Of a DNA stretch of 64,000 bases, positions 41,736 to 56,686 are shown piece after piece. The DNA comes from Paecilomyces variotii. Its lineage: Eukaryota. Made by a program: the position numbers and the translations under genes. How positions within the stretch are numbered: the first letter of the stretch is position 1; each line of letters begins with the position of its first letter. The notes beneath the pieces are model-generated. The model saw nothing but the letters and a program-made list of their open reading frames with translations. It searched no databases and had not been told where the DNA came from. The stretch lies in assembly GCA_004022145.1 (NCBI GenBank), contig RCNU01000007.1, one strand, 5' to 3'.

Positions 41736-43899
41736 AGGTCTTAAATCTAAATATATATTCTTATCTAGTTATTCTATAGATAAGGCTTTTTTTATTTATT
41801 TTAGAGTTTAAAATATATATCTTTCTTTTAACTATAAATATATTAGAATATTCTCTTAGGTTAGTAATAGGCTTATTTTATAAGGATATTTATTTTAGGT
41901 ATATCTTTATACCCCTATAATATCTGGAAGTATCTAATTATTTATAGATATATTATATACCTAAATAATCTATTAGCTATATAAGAGGGCTATAATTAAT
42001 AGTAATATATATTTCTCTATTTATATTAGTATATATAATACTAAAGTTGCTTTTACCTTTCCTTTTTTAAATTAATTTTAGGATTATATTATATTATCTA
42101 TATTCTAGATATTTAAGGTCTAAGCAAGATTTAATAATATATTATATAGCAGCCTTAATTAAAGTAGCTAAATATATACTTATAAAGCTTATATCTTCGG
42201 CGATTTTTTAATAAAAAATACTTCCTTTTTAATAATAATACTAGCGGTAAGGACTATTAAACTAGTATAAGATAATACTAGCTAAGCTAAAATAGGATTA
42301 AAGCTAATAGCTATATTAGATAAGTTATAAAATATTTTACTCTATATTTCTCTATTAGAATTCTTACTAATAAAAGTTTAGTCCTTCTGCTAATAATACC
42401 TGAATAAAGATATATAGTATATTATAATTTAATATCCTAATAACCCGCAGATAAACCTAGAATTATTAATCTTAGCTTATTATAAACTCTCCTAGTAACC
42501 TATTAATAATATAAATCCTATACTTAATATAAAACACTAATTATAATAATCTTTACTAAGAGAATTTAATCTAGTAGTACTGCGCAGATAGGCAGGTTAA
42601 AGGCCTAAATATTATAGAAGATTATTAGTATAAATATAAAGATTAATAATAAGTTAACTGGGCTATAGAAGATAGCTAAGGGAGATTATTAAATAGGATA
42701 AAACTGTTAGAATTAAACTCGCAATAGATTATAAATAGAAGAAAATACCTAGTAAACTAAGGATTATTATTATTATAAAGAACTTTCCCCTTTTTATAAA
42801 TTATTATATCTTAAATAGTCTAGAATATCTTTTTAGAGAGGACTCTTTAATAACAGTATTAATAATAGCTTTAGTAAAGATATAAAGACCTAGGCTTTAA
42901 AATTAATTATAAAGAGGTATAGCAATCTCTTAGTATTACCTTAACTAGCTATTTTATTTTTTAAATACTGCTCTCCTATTTATCCTATAATCTTTTAATA
43001 TTAAAAATTTAATATAATATCTTATAGAAGATATAGATAATTTATAAAATATAGGAATAAGGATAAATAGAATAAGGCTTAAAAAGAAAAATATAGATTA
43101 AAATACTAGCAGCAATAATAAGAATAAGAGTATAATTAAAATTAGTCTTTTATATTATTATTAGTATTATTTACTTATACTTGCTTTAAATCTTATATAC
43201 TTATATAGGATATATAATAGAATCTTAATAACTCTCTTTTATTAATCTATATTAATAATAATATCTTTAATAATCTTAGCAGAGCGCTATAGAATATGTT
43301 TTTATTTTTTAGGCATATAGAATATAGAGAAGAAGATAATACTTAAGATTTTAGGCTATTTAATTTTAATAATAGTTAAGAGAATAAATATAATAACCTT
43401 AATACTAATAATAATAATGCGGATAATAGCTATAATATGCCTATATAAATATTAGATAATAATATACTAATAGTAATTAATAATTAATAGAATTTATTCT
43501 ATAAGTTTCTAAATAAGCTAGATATAGCAGATATTAGATAAAGGATATTAATATTAATATAGTAATAGATAAGCTATTACCTAGCTTAATAAATATCCTT
43601 AAAGCTAAAGAAGAAGTTTTTAAAGATAATAGCTATTATATATTTATAAAATAGTTAATAGAATAATTTATATAATATTATAGCTATTTATCTTATATAT
43701 AAATATTATCTATACCTAAAGACAGTAATAGTAGCCTAATATTACTTTTATAAGTTATATAATTAGTATTATATAATATTCTTTCTTAGAAAGGTATTTA
43801 AAAATATTTAAAAGGCTATAATTAAAATATTATTTTTCCCCTATTTTAATAATAGTAGCTTTTTAGCAGAATCTAGACTATATTTATTAGTAATTATTA

Positions 43900-46400
43900 A
43901 TTACCTGCAGATATTATATCGAGTAGTAAGCTTACTAAGGATTTTCCTTTATATTATTAAGATCGTCCGCCCCTATATATTAACCTAGAATAAGATATAA
44001 TAATGCTTAAAAAACTATTTATTATCTCTTTTAATATTAATAGTACTATTAGATTTATAAATAATTTAGCTGTAGCCTATTAAGGACTTTATTAGATAAT
44101 AGTTAAGTTATCTATTAGTAGTCTAAAATAGTCGCTTTATTTTAATCTAATCCTAATAACCTTTTATAACTTAAAGACTAGTATCTTTTATTATATATAT
44201 AGTTTAATCTATTAAATCTTATACTTTTCTATAGGCCAACTAGATAAATTTCTAGATATAAAACTATTTATTATTTTCCCTAACTTTTATACTCTAAATT
44301 ATAATAATTAGATTATTTTAAACAGTAAATATAGAATCTAAATAAATAAAATATTTATACTAGCTCTTTATAAAGCTTGCCCAGAATTAATTATATAATA
44401 CTTACCTGCTAGTATAGAATATATTTAACTTTAAGATATAGTATACTTAGTAGAAGGGTATTGCTAAAAAACTTAATATTTATATATCTAATTATTGTAC
44501 TCTGCTCTTTAAAATAATAAGCTATTTAGCTTATAATAGTATATTCTTGCTAGAATCTATAAAAGATCTCTAATTATATTTAGGGGGCTAAAGTTGTTAT
44601 TAATAGCTAAAAATCTAAAGATATATATATAAGATAGCACTTAGACTAAAGCACTTAGCAGATTCTTTAAATTATAGATATATATAATTAATTAATAATA
44701 CCTAAAAAAAGAATACTATAATATTAAAAAAGAAGTTATTATAACTAATTAAAGCTATAATTTTATTACTAATAATATAAAGATAATAAAATATCTATTT
44801 ACTTTATTATAGCGCTATTATTATTAAGAGAGCTTCTTTATTTAGCTTTAAGAGGTTTTAAATAAGCTTATCTTATATTAAGAAGGTAACTGCGTAAAAT
44901 TAGATTATAATATAATGCCTTCCTCTAATATCTAAAAGCAATATTTAAGGCTATAGATTATAATCTATATTTAATAATAATTATTATCTAAGAATAATAA
45001 TAATTATAATTAAGATAATTAATATATAATTACTAATAATAATAATTAAAATAAGACTATTAATAATAATAATAGTTATTATAAAAGATCTAAACTAAAT
45101 AGTCTTAATTTTAACTTTTTAAGGCAATTATTACTAGAAGATAACGCCTCTATAATAGCTAAAATATTAAGAAATAATAGAAATAAGAATATAAGGCATA
45201 AACTATCTTAGAGGTTAGAGTTTTATTATAAAATATTTTTGCAGAATATAGGAAGTTTAATAATTAAACCCTATCTCTATTTTATTTTATAAGCTAATAA
45301 GCTATATTATTATTAGTTTTATAATTTCTTTAAGAAAGTCTTTATAGTAGGTAATTAGTATCTATTTATTAATTATATATTAGATATACTAGCTTTAAAT
45401 CGCAGCTTAATTTATATATAAGAATATATTAGCTGTGCGATTAATTATAATCTTATAGCTCTTCTCTAAGTATACTATTACTTTAAAAAGTATTATTATA
45501 TAGTAATTTAATATTACTAAAAGCGCTTATATAGCACTTAAGAGGAGTTTTATATTATTAGGACCTTATTCTATGCTATTAATTGCAAAATATAAATAAT
45601 TAATATAGCTTAAGAATATTTAAAGCTCTTATTACCTGTATTAATATTATCTGATTTATTATTATTAAATTATCTACTTCTATTTTTTATCTATTATATA
45701 GTTAATATCCTAGGTTTATATTAATAGAATATAAATTGCCTTTATTTAGGGTTTAAATTAGTTTATAATTTACGGCCCTATATATTAGTATATTAAGAAT
45801 ATAGCCGCATAATAATAATATTTCTTTTATATCTCCTTTATATATTTAAGGGCTAAGGGAATTATATCTCCTAATATAATAGTCTTTAGTTAAATTATTA
45901 TATTTAGCCTTTAAGAGAAGGCATAAACTAAGAATAGGTCTATAAGGGCCTAGGTATAGGGGAGATACTTAAATACTATAGTTTTATATAGTTTCTAGAT
46001 AAGTTTAATTAAATAGCTATAATATTTTAACCTCCCTATTAAATAGTTATAACCTTTTTTAATATATCTTTAATAATATTAGTATATTATTAGTTCTATA
46101 AAGAAGTAAAAGGGGTATAATTAGATTATATTATAGTCTATAATATCTTTACCTACATATTTAAGGTCCGGGCAGATTTTATATACTTAGCCTTACTTCT
46201 AAATCTATTAATAAATATATATCTTTAAGTATTTAAAAAGGATGCCTTTAAGATAATAAAAAATATTATTAAGTGTTAAGAAATACTAGATAATAAGAAA
46301 ATAGAAGAGGCTTATAATAGCAATGTTTTATTAATTTTATATAGATTATATTTATTATTTAAAGATATTAACCTATTAGTATTTATATATATAATAACTA
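43900..46400 (+). pseudogene. RIP-destroyed long ORF of an uncharacterised fungal protein family (core ORF of element Z); ends approximate
   Basis: The codons at 44024 and 45242 are in phase. De-RIP gives ISFDIDSTIGF..LAVARQGLYW, HQIPHFSIGQL, QHLPAS, LLLTAKNLK, YDIGKEV, TLLWRRCC, QFYNSSKEVFAAGNQYPFTN.ALDTLALD, SYGTREEFR, WNIN.LCLGFELV and EGLGM...YGFAWFLDKFDW. Confidence 0.75.
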
Positions 46401-49400
46401 ACTTAAAGTGCAGAATCTATAATATTAAGGTTTTATTTAATTTTCTCTAAGGATAAAAAGCTAGTAAAGATAATTAAAAATTAAAGCAAGAGTATTAAAA
46501 TAAGAAACTATATTATATTCTCTATAAATAATATAGTATTATAATTATAGAGATCTATAAGTTTAATTAGGCGCAGTAATAGTAAGTAATACTTAAATAC
46601 TGCTTTATTTATTTATATTAAGTGCTGCTATTTCTTAATAGTTAAATATTCTAGCCTAAATATTAGTCTAAAAAATTAATAATATAGATAACTACTTATA
46701 GAGATCTATTTAGCTATTATAAGTATTAAAGAGATAGATAATTTAAAGAAAGAGCTAAGAATATTAAAGCTATAGTTAATAATCTATTCCTTCTAATAAT
46801 TATATCTTATAATATGCTTTATCTCCTAATAACTAAATAGATACCTAGTAAATATTTAATAGAATTATAAGTATAATTGCCTCCTTTATTAATTAATCTT
46901 AATACTTATTTTAATATTATTAGCAATTCTATTTTTATTAGTCCTATTCCTTTTCCTTTTATTAATATATTAAATAGGCTAATTATAAGATAGCTCTTTA
47001 AAAATACTTTTTCTTAATAATAATTTAAGTTATTTATAAGAAAGAACTATTTAAGAAATTAGGATAAAGTTTATATAAAAGTAGAGTAGCTTATTAATAA
47101 GTTGCTTAAGATTATAAATAAGCAAAGAATAGTTATATAGAAGGATATTTATATATTCTATTCTTATATAAATAAAGCTTTGCCTTTAAAGAAATAGAAA
47201 TAGTTAGCTAATAATAATATTATAGATTCTTCTATTATAAATATAAATCTTAAAGGAGATTTTAATTTAAAAAGCCTTAAGTAAAGGTTAGCTTATATAA
47301 TAGTAAAGCAGTAATACTATTATATAAAGTCTTATATAATTAAGATTATAACAGATTTATATAATAAAAACCTTAATAAGCTAATAGAGTACTAAAAGAG
47401 TTTTAAATAGATTAAATAATCTAGAGATAAGTATAAGCTGTATAAAGTATATAAGATATATAAGATAAAGAAATAAAGAGGTAAGGAGCTAAAATAGTAA
47501 CTTAATAAATTATTAAAATAGATTTATAATAGCTAGAATAAATAGAATAAGATAGTTAATAGAGATTTTATAATATTAGAAAGTTCTTATAGAAAGAAGT
47601 CTTTACTTATTTTTAAATTTTTAGGGAACTTATTATTTATAAAGAGCTTAAGAATTAAATATTAGTTAATATACTTGCTAAAAAATATAGGTAAAAATAC
47701 TTATCTTACTATTAGACCCTAGTTAAATAGCTTTATATAATCTAGATATAATCTTATTAAGGATACTCTCTTAGAGATATAACTAAGTAAGAAGAGTAGT
47801 TATTTCTTATATATATATAATACTATTTCTTATTATTTTTTAGTAATATATTAATATTTTAATATTTTATCTCTGTTACTTCTATTATTATATAAGATAT
47901 TACTTAATTAAAAAAAAGACTAAGTAATAAGAAGATTATAGGAAGAAATACTAATTCTAATAGAATCTATTAAAACTATAAATATATTATATAGTATAGA
48001 TTAAAAACTTTTCTAAATAGCCTATAATTAGAAGAAATAAACTATTCTATAAGGAAAGAGTATTTAACTAAAATATTATTTATAAAACTAGACTTTTCTA
48101 TTATATAAATAAAGTAGTATTTTTAGGGCTTAGGTAGTATTTAGGGAGCTATTTTACCTAGAGTACTTCTTATCTTCTTATTAATAATATCTATATATTC
48201 TAGTAGTATTTTATATAATTAAGGGAGGTAGATTCTAGAGTAATATTCTAAGATTATATTAAAATTAATAAGGAGCTTAATAATATTTAAGATATATTAG
48301 TCGGCTTTTTCTTAGATTAGCTTATTATAAACTATTCTTATATAGGTTATAAGTTTTTATATATAGAATAGGGGTTTAAAAGGCGCACTATAATAGGCTA
48401 TAGGCTAGGAGAAGAAAAACTGCTAAATTATATATAAACTTTATTAAACTATATTTATTCTTACTTAAGACTTATAATATTATTTTTATTATAATAGGCA
48501 ATAATAACTATAATAGAAGAGGCTATTTTAGAACTAGAGATAACTGCTTAATTTAATAATTATATAAAAAAAAAAGTTTATTTTAATATTTAGGTCCCGC
48601 GTAAGAATTAGTATTATATTACTTAAGTTTTTAAGGTCTTTAAACTAAGAGGAGGTATAGATATAATAGGGCCAGATAAAGAGGATAAAGAGGATAAAAA
48701 GGATAAAGAAGAGGGGTTAATAGAGGGAATATAATTACTAGCAATTTATTAATAGAATAATACTTTAATACTCCCTTAACCTTAAAAGATTAGTTTTTTT
48801 ATTCTAATTAGGCAAATAAAGATATAGGATAAGCTTATTTAATTAAATATATACGCGCTTAATTATAAAGCGCTTATTAAGTACTCTAATACTATTAAGA
48901 TTATTTAATAATTAAATTAAGTAAAGTAAGCTGGTAAATAATATTAAGCTTAGTTAATAGGTAATAGAGTAGGTCCTAACTTTAAATGTATTAAGCCTTT
49001 ATATACTAATTAGGTTCTTATATAGATACTTAGATATTTACCTAATAAATATTAAAAAGCTTATTAACTTAGATAATATAGCTATAACTAATAGATTACT
49101 AGATATATATTTATTTAAATAGGTATATAGTCTGATAGCAGAAGAAATAAATAAGGAATTAAATATTTAATCTGTATAAAAAGCTTAATAGGTAAGAAAT
49201 AAAATGAGATAATTTAATAGACTCTTATTCCTATATAGTTTAATAATTTTAAAAAAAATATAATAAGAAGAAATCTTTAAAAGGAATATTTTATTTAATA
49301 GAGCTATTCTTAGCTATAAGTTTATATATAGGCTTAAAGACTTCTGCTAGTTTATTACTATTAAAGTATTTTATAATACTTTCTTCCTCTTTATTTAAAA

Positions 49401-52400
49401 ATAGAGGCAGTCCCTAAAACTAGCTGAGTATATTTACTATATATAAAATATTATAATTAATAAAGTAGGATAGCTATAGCAATTCTAATTTTAAAAAAGA
49501 GCTAATAAGATATTTAAGAGTATTAAGGCAATTAGGTGCTAAGGAAACTAAATATAATATATTTTCTAAAGAATATCTATCTCCGCTAATAGGTCCTCTA
49601 TAGACTATAAAGAAAAATATTAAACCTCCTAGTTAATAGCTATAAACTAAGTAAATATAATATAAATATTTATATTTTTAGTTATTATACCTAACTATAC
49701 TAGTTTAATATACCTATTTAACTAATAAGAGAAGCTAGAGGTTAATAGGTCTAAGATATTTTAATATTTATATCTATAGGAGGTATATATAACTATATTA
49801 GCTTAATATATATTTTAAGCTAATAAAAGGACCTAAATAATAGTAAGTTTAAAAAGTTTTAATTTATAATTTTATCCTAATCTAATAATTTAATTATAGT
49901 AAACTAAATTCTAATCTTTATACTATAAAGGAAAGAATAGGAGAAATAGTATTATTATATAGAGGCGGGGAAATAATACTCTTATATAAGGATAAAGGGG
50001 AAAGAATAAGATATTAGATTATATAGCTTCTATAGGGGGCAAGCTATAAACTTACTATATTTTATTATTATATTCTCTATATAAACTAAATAGCAGCTAT
50101 AATAGGATATTACCTATATTAACCTATATAAAATTAATAAAGATAAAAGAAGAACTATAAATCAGTTTAATTAAATATTTAGCTTAGCTTAGAATAGCTA
50201 AGGCATTTAAATAAAGTTAAAGAATATAAATAGCTAGTAGATTTTAGTATTAATTAATTTTTTAAGCAATCTAGTAATTATTACCTTTTTATATACTTTC
50301 TCAAAATCTTTAATTCTATAGTCCTAGATCTTTATAAAAGGTTAGCAGCTTATAAGGGGGGGAAGAGATAAAGGAATAAGGGGCCCGAGAAGAACTATAT
50401 AAATATATATATCTTATATAAACCTTTAAAAAATATTTAAAGAGTATTAAATAGCGAAGTAATTATAGTCTAACCTTATTAATTTTATAATTTATAAGAT
50501 TCTATCTATTTTATTAATAAATATATATTTTTTTTAATATTTAAATATTAAAATATTAATTAGTTTTTATTAATATTCTTATTATTTATATTTAAGCTAC
50601 TTTACTTAATAAGCCGCTCTGCTTAGTAATTAAGCCGCTTTACTTAATAAGCTATTCTGCTTAATAAGCCGCTCTGCTTAATAAGCCGCTCTGCTTAATA
50701 TAATTCTCTGCTAACTAAGTTATCTCTTAAGCTTTTTGGCGATTATTAAATCGGTTTTATTTAACTACTTACTATACTACTAAAAAAGCCTAAATTATCT
50801 AGAGATTTAATTAAGTAAGAGGAGAGAGTTCTACTAGCAATTTATAATTTAAATAAAAATTAAATTCTATCTATATAAAAAGTAGTATTAACTTTTAAAG
50901 TTCTCTATTTAATACTTTAAATATAACTATAAGGGCGTTAGTTTCGCAATAATATATAAAATAATATAATTATATTGTCTAAATTATAGGAGGAATTGCT
51001 TATATAATAAATATTATCTATAGATTAATATAGAGCAAGTTTTTAACTTATCTAGGTTTAAGAAGTAATAAGTCTTCTTATAGATTAAGATAGCAAGGTT
51101 TTAGCTAGGCAAGAATTAAGTATTTATTTTTATTAGGTATCTTATAGCTAAAGAGGGATAGGCTATAGGAAATTATTAAGCACTATTAATTAAGCTAAGT
51201 AAGATATATAGCCTAATATCTAATTTAAAGATTTAGTATATATCTTAAAATAGTAGACTATATAAATACCGCCTCTAAACCCCCTAGCTAGGCGCGTTAT
51301 ATATAAGATAATAGGATAAAACCTATTATATAATCTAAACCGGTAGTCTAGTAGTATTTATGCTAAATCTCTGCCTTTTATATATAGGGAGATAATAATT
51401 AGCCTAAATCTATAAGACCTTAACCCTATAATTTTAAACTATTTAAAATTAATCTTTAGGTCAGATTATCTTTTTTTATATTTAAGTATATTATATTATA
51501 TATAAAACATATAGAAACATATTAATTTAAAAGAGGGGATAGACTAAAAAAAGAAAAAAAGATAAAATTTAAAGCTAGATTTAAATTAATAACCTTTTTA
51601 TTTTAAAACTGCCCTGCGGCTAGTATTACTATAGCTAGTGCTATTATAGCTAGTACTATTATAGCTAATACTGCTATTATAGCTAGTATTACTAATATAA
51701 CTAGTACTACTAGTATAGCCGGTATTATTAATATAATTAGTGCTATTAATATAGCCAGTACTGCTATAGCTAGTATTATTAGTATAACTAGTATTATTAA
51801 TATAGCTAGTGCTATTATAGCTAATACTACTAATATAAGTATAATAAAGCAGAGGAATAGAGGAGCTAATAGAATAAAAGAGCTATATAAGTATAATAAA
51901 GTAAAGAAGCTAGCCTTTACTTTCTTAATAGGCGTAGGACTGTTTAAAGCAATCTTAGAGGCCTCCTTATAGCTATGCTTCTAGGGAGTTTAAGAAACTT
52001 AGATAGAAACTAAGAGGAGCAAAAAAGCTAATAAAATAAAAGAGCTAATAAAATAAAGGAGTAAAGAAACTAATAAAGTAGAGAAGCAGTTTTAGACCCT
52101 CTCTTATAGCTATGCTTAAGAGAAGTTTAAGAGATTTAGATAGAAACTAAAAGGAGTAAAAAAGCTAAAATCTCTATATTTATTAGATTTATAAAGCCTA
52201 AGATTAAAGAATCTTAAAATAAGCTAATAATATAGATATTAGCCTTAGAATAACTTATATAGCAAGTAGGAATATATCTATTTAATATAGCTAGCTTATC
52301 TCTAGGTCTAGTATATCGCCCTAATCTCTCTTTTTTAATATCTAAGCTATTAAGCTATTAGAGAAGCTAATAGAGTAAAGAAGCAATAATAAAATAAAGA

Positions 52401-53876
52401 AGTAATAATAAAATAAAAGAGCAGGTCTATTAAAATAATTAATAAGCTATAAAGGAATTAGCTAGGCGCCCTAATAAATTAGGCCTAAGCTATTAAGTTA
52501 GCAATAGCTAATAGAGAACTAATAGTATAGCCTATTATAGGCTCCTAGCAGGTTAATAATAATCGCCCTTATAAATAATATATTTATTTTTATATAGATC
52601 TTAATAATTTAAATTAGGGGCTATTACTCTAAGTAGCCCCCGGCTATAAAATCTATAAAGGAAATAATATATAATAATAAAAAAAGTAAAGTATAGCGGG
52701 GCCTATAGGTAGGTAGGCTTGCTACTATATTAAGAGAAGAAAAAAGAAGAAGAAGAGAAGATAAGGATAGAAGCACTTTTTTATACTTAATAAGTAGAAT
52801 ATAAATCCCCTCCCTGCTATAAATTTAAGGGGGAAAAAATATAATTACTCTCTAGGTAAATATAAATAGGAAGAATTTTAAATAGGAAGAAATATAAAGT
52901 AAGGGTAATAAATAATAGCAGTTATTAATAGTAGGAGAAGGCCTAATAATAATAGAAAGATAATAAAGGAATATAGAAATATAAAGCTATAATAGAAGAT
53001 AAGAAGAGGGAGAAGAGATAGAGAATTTAGTATAAGAACGGCTAGAGTATAGCATTATAATTAATATTTTAAATAAATTAATAAGAAGCTAGTATTTTAA
53101 ATAGAAAAAAATACTCTAAAAGCAAGCTTTTATAATAATTAAAAATAATAAGCTTTAATTAGCTTATTTAGATATTAAATAAACTCTTAATAAAATATTC
53201 TATATCTTGCTAATTATTACTATCCTCTCTATTATTATTTATAGCCTCTAATTCCTTTATATATAATATTATAGTATCTAGGATATTAGAAGAAGAGATT
53301 AGAGGGGTAAAAGGGACTATATAAATAATCTAAGTATATAAACTATAGATTAGCACAAGAAGAAGCTATAGGATATTTACTTATATATTAGGACCTTTAA
53401 CAGTCTATATTAACTCTCTGTAGGTCTCTAGAATTACCTAGCCTATATTAAAGTTTTAGATAATTAAACAGTACCTTAAATAAGATATTAGAGAGTATTT
53501 ATATATAGGAGATAATTATATAGTTTAAACTCTTTATAAACTCTAGATAAGAGAGATTTAATATAGCCTAGTCCAGTATTATATCCTGAGATTTATATAT
53601 ACTAATAGTATATGCTATTATAATAGAGAACTGGGTCTGTTAATAATTAATATAGTTATAAATAAACTCCCAGTAAGATTAAAGGATAGAGATAATTAGA
53701 TAGCTATTATTATCTTAGCAGAGATATAGTCTTTAATTATTATTAAAGTAGACTAAAAGAGCTAATAGCAGATCTTGCTAATAATTATTGTCCTAAATCT
53801 ATATAATATTAAAAAGCATATTAAAGGAGCTATTTACTAACTTTTACTCTACTTAGATATTTTTTTTAGCATAATA

Positions 53877-54144
53877 AAGTTTTAGATTACTTAGTTTTAG
53901 ATTAATAAATAACTAACTAATATAAATTTTTAACTACTAAATTTCTAACTACTAAATTTTTTATTACTAGACTAAACTAAGTTTTAGATTAATAAATAAC
54001 TAACTAATATAAATTTTTAACTACTAAATTTCTAACTACTAAATTTCCTATTATTAGATTAGACTAAGTTTTAAATTAATAAATAACTAACTAATATAAA
54101 TTTTCAACTACTAAATTTCTAATTACTAAATTTCTTACTAGTAA
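53877..54144. repeat. 87-bp subterminal array, 3 units
   Basis: Units at about 53892, 53979 and 54066. Confidence 0.95.
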
Positions 54145-55282
54145 TATTATAGTACTAAATAGGTATTGCAATAGCTATAAGATAGATTAGAGCTATAAGA
54201 GGAGATAGTAGAGTAAAACTACCAATAAAACTATTAATTACTTACTATATTAAGAAAAAATTAAGAAATAAAGGATTTTAAAGATAAAAGTATTTAGATT
54301 TTTACCCTAAATTCTTTTTTCTTTTCTTCTTTAGCTTAAAGTTCTCTATTATATTGCCTTACTAGGTTAGATCTTTAATAAATTTGATTTAATTTGCTTA
54401 AGCATAATATTATTTTAAGCTTATTCTACTTATCTTATTTTATTTCTTAGGCTTCTTATCTAAGTATATTATATTACCTAAGAAGCCTATTTATTACTTA
54501 ATAAAATATTAAACCCTTAAATTAAATCCTTGCTATAATAAAGCCTATTAATAAATCTAATTATTATTAAGATAATTCTAAAGATAGAGATAAATAGCCT
54601 AAATAAAAACCTGTAAAAGATACTTATTATATCTTATACTACTGGGATAATAGGCTAGAGAATATAATATTAAATAAGTTCTATAAGAAGCTAAAAGCAG
54701 ACCCTATAAAAATCTAGAAAATCTAATATTTTATTATTAATTTCCTCTAGAATAAAATTTATAAATTAAAGAATATTAAGCATTTAAATAATTATAATAT
54801 TAAATATAAAGATAATAATAATAACCTTGCCTGCTAGCTTTATTAGAAGAAATATTATATTAAAAATATTAAACAATAAGTTATAGAATTTATTTATAAT
54901 TAAGAAAAATATAAGGAGACTCTTATTAATATAGCCCTTTATCTTAATTATAAAAGCACCTTAGAACCTATAGGTAATTAGCCTTAGCGCTTTATTAAAT
55001 TACTTAATCCTCTCTTGCTTATTAATAGAAAAGACCCTAAATTTAAAGATTAGCTATTATAGATTAAGAATAAGCTTAAAGTAAATACTAACTATTATAG
55101 AAGTAAATATCTCTATATTATATATATTTAAAACTGCCTAAGTAGAAAAGCTATAGTATATATATCTCTTAAATTTTATAAAGATTCTAGCCTCTCCTTT
55201 TAAACAGCTAATAAGATCTTTAACTATCTTTAAGCTATTTTTTATAACTTAAATTATTATTAGAATATAAAGTATTATAATA
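54145..55282 (+). mobile_element. 1138-bp LTR-like + gag cassette (copy 3)
   Basis: Colinear with the other copies. The ends are more heavily RIP-ed. Confidence 0.78.
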
Positions 55283-56686
55283 ATTAGATTAAATTAAGTT
55301 TTAGATTAATAAATAATTAAATAATATAAATTTTTAATTATTAAATTTTTAATTAGATAGAAGTTCTAAACTAATATATAGCCTAGAGGCTCTAGCTCTA
55401 TATTATCTATTATTAGAATAACTGGTCTAAATATTTTATAATAGTTGACTTTATAGCAGCTATATTAACCTAAGAATTTATAGATATATCTCTAGTAATA
55501 GTTAAATGCCGATATAAGTTATAGATCTCCTTTAATTATAGCTTAATATTATAATCTAGCAGTCTGCTATTATAAGATTTATTAGTTAGAAATAATTTAA
55601 TAGTCGAAAATTTATATTATTCAGTAATTTATTAATCTAAAATTTAGTATCTTATTAAATAAGGCTTAGTAAACTTTATTAAAATTCTTGCCCAAATATT
55701 AACTCCCTATATCTCTACTAAATTAGGTTAAATCTGGATAGAAATTAATTTATTTTATATATTTAATTCGACTCTATAACATATTAAAAATTTAGCTTAA
55801 TCTGACTTTATTTTACTAAGATATAAGGGGATAAAGTTTTATTATTGAAAAATCCGAAATAAGAAGCGGCGCTAGCCTATTTTGATTTTTCTACTATGGC
55901 TTACTAATTGAGGTAAAATCTTTAAACCTTAATAACTTATGCTATAGTGGACCAATTTAAAAAAGGAATATATATTTATAATTCTTAGAATAAGCTCTAT
56001 TAATTAGTATATAGAACAATATTAAATTCTTAAAGGGGAAGTTTACTTATATATGTAATTTTGCCTTATAGATAGTATTATAATATCTAGAATATTAAAA
56101 GGAGAGATTAAAGAGGTAAAAAAGACTATATAAATAACTTAAGCATATAAACTATAAGTTAATATAGGAAGAAGCTATAGAATACTTACTTATATATTAA
56201 GATCTTTAATAGTCTATATTAACCCTCCGCAGGTCCCTAGAACTACTTAACTTATATTAAAGTTTTAGATAATTAAACAGTATTTTAAATAAGATACTAA
56301 AGAGTATTTATATATAAGAGATAGCTATATAATTTAAACTCTTTATAAACTCTAAATAGGAGAGATTTAATATAGCCCGGTCTAGTATTATACTCTAAGA
56401 TTTATATATACTAATAGTATATGCTATTATAATAAGGAACTAAGTCTATTAGTAATTAATATAGTTATAAGTAAACTCTTAGCAAGATTAAAGAATAGAG
56501 ATAATTAAATAGCTATTATTATCTTAGCAGAGATATAGCTTCTAATTATTATTAAAATAGATTAAAAGAGCTAGTAGTAGATCTTACTAATAATTATTAC
56601 CCTAGACCTATATAATATTAAAAAATATATTAAAGAAGCTATTTACTAACTCTTACTTTACCTAGATATTTTTCTTTAGTATAATA

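Larger units (their letters stand above)
36075..56072. mobile_element. Element Z copy 3 (longest, about 20 kb; true left end unproven)
   Basis: 37190-40620 matches 60452-64000 and 46081-56072 matches 25352-36074. The core ORF runs continuously across 46081. Same terminus. Membership of 36075-37190 is not confirmed by a second copy. Confidence 0.8.

Noticed and set aside
36075-56072. Starship assignment for element Z
   Set aside because: No DUF3435 tyrosine-recombinase relic was recognised at either boundary and no direct-repeat target site was seen. Not excluded, but unsupported.
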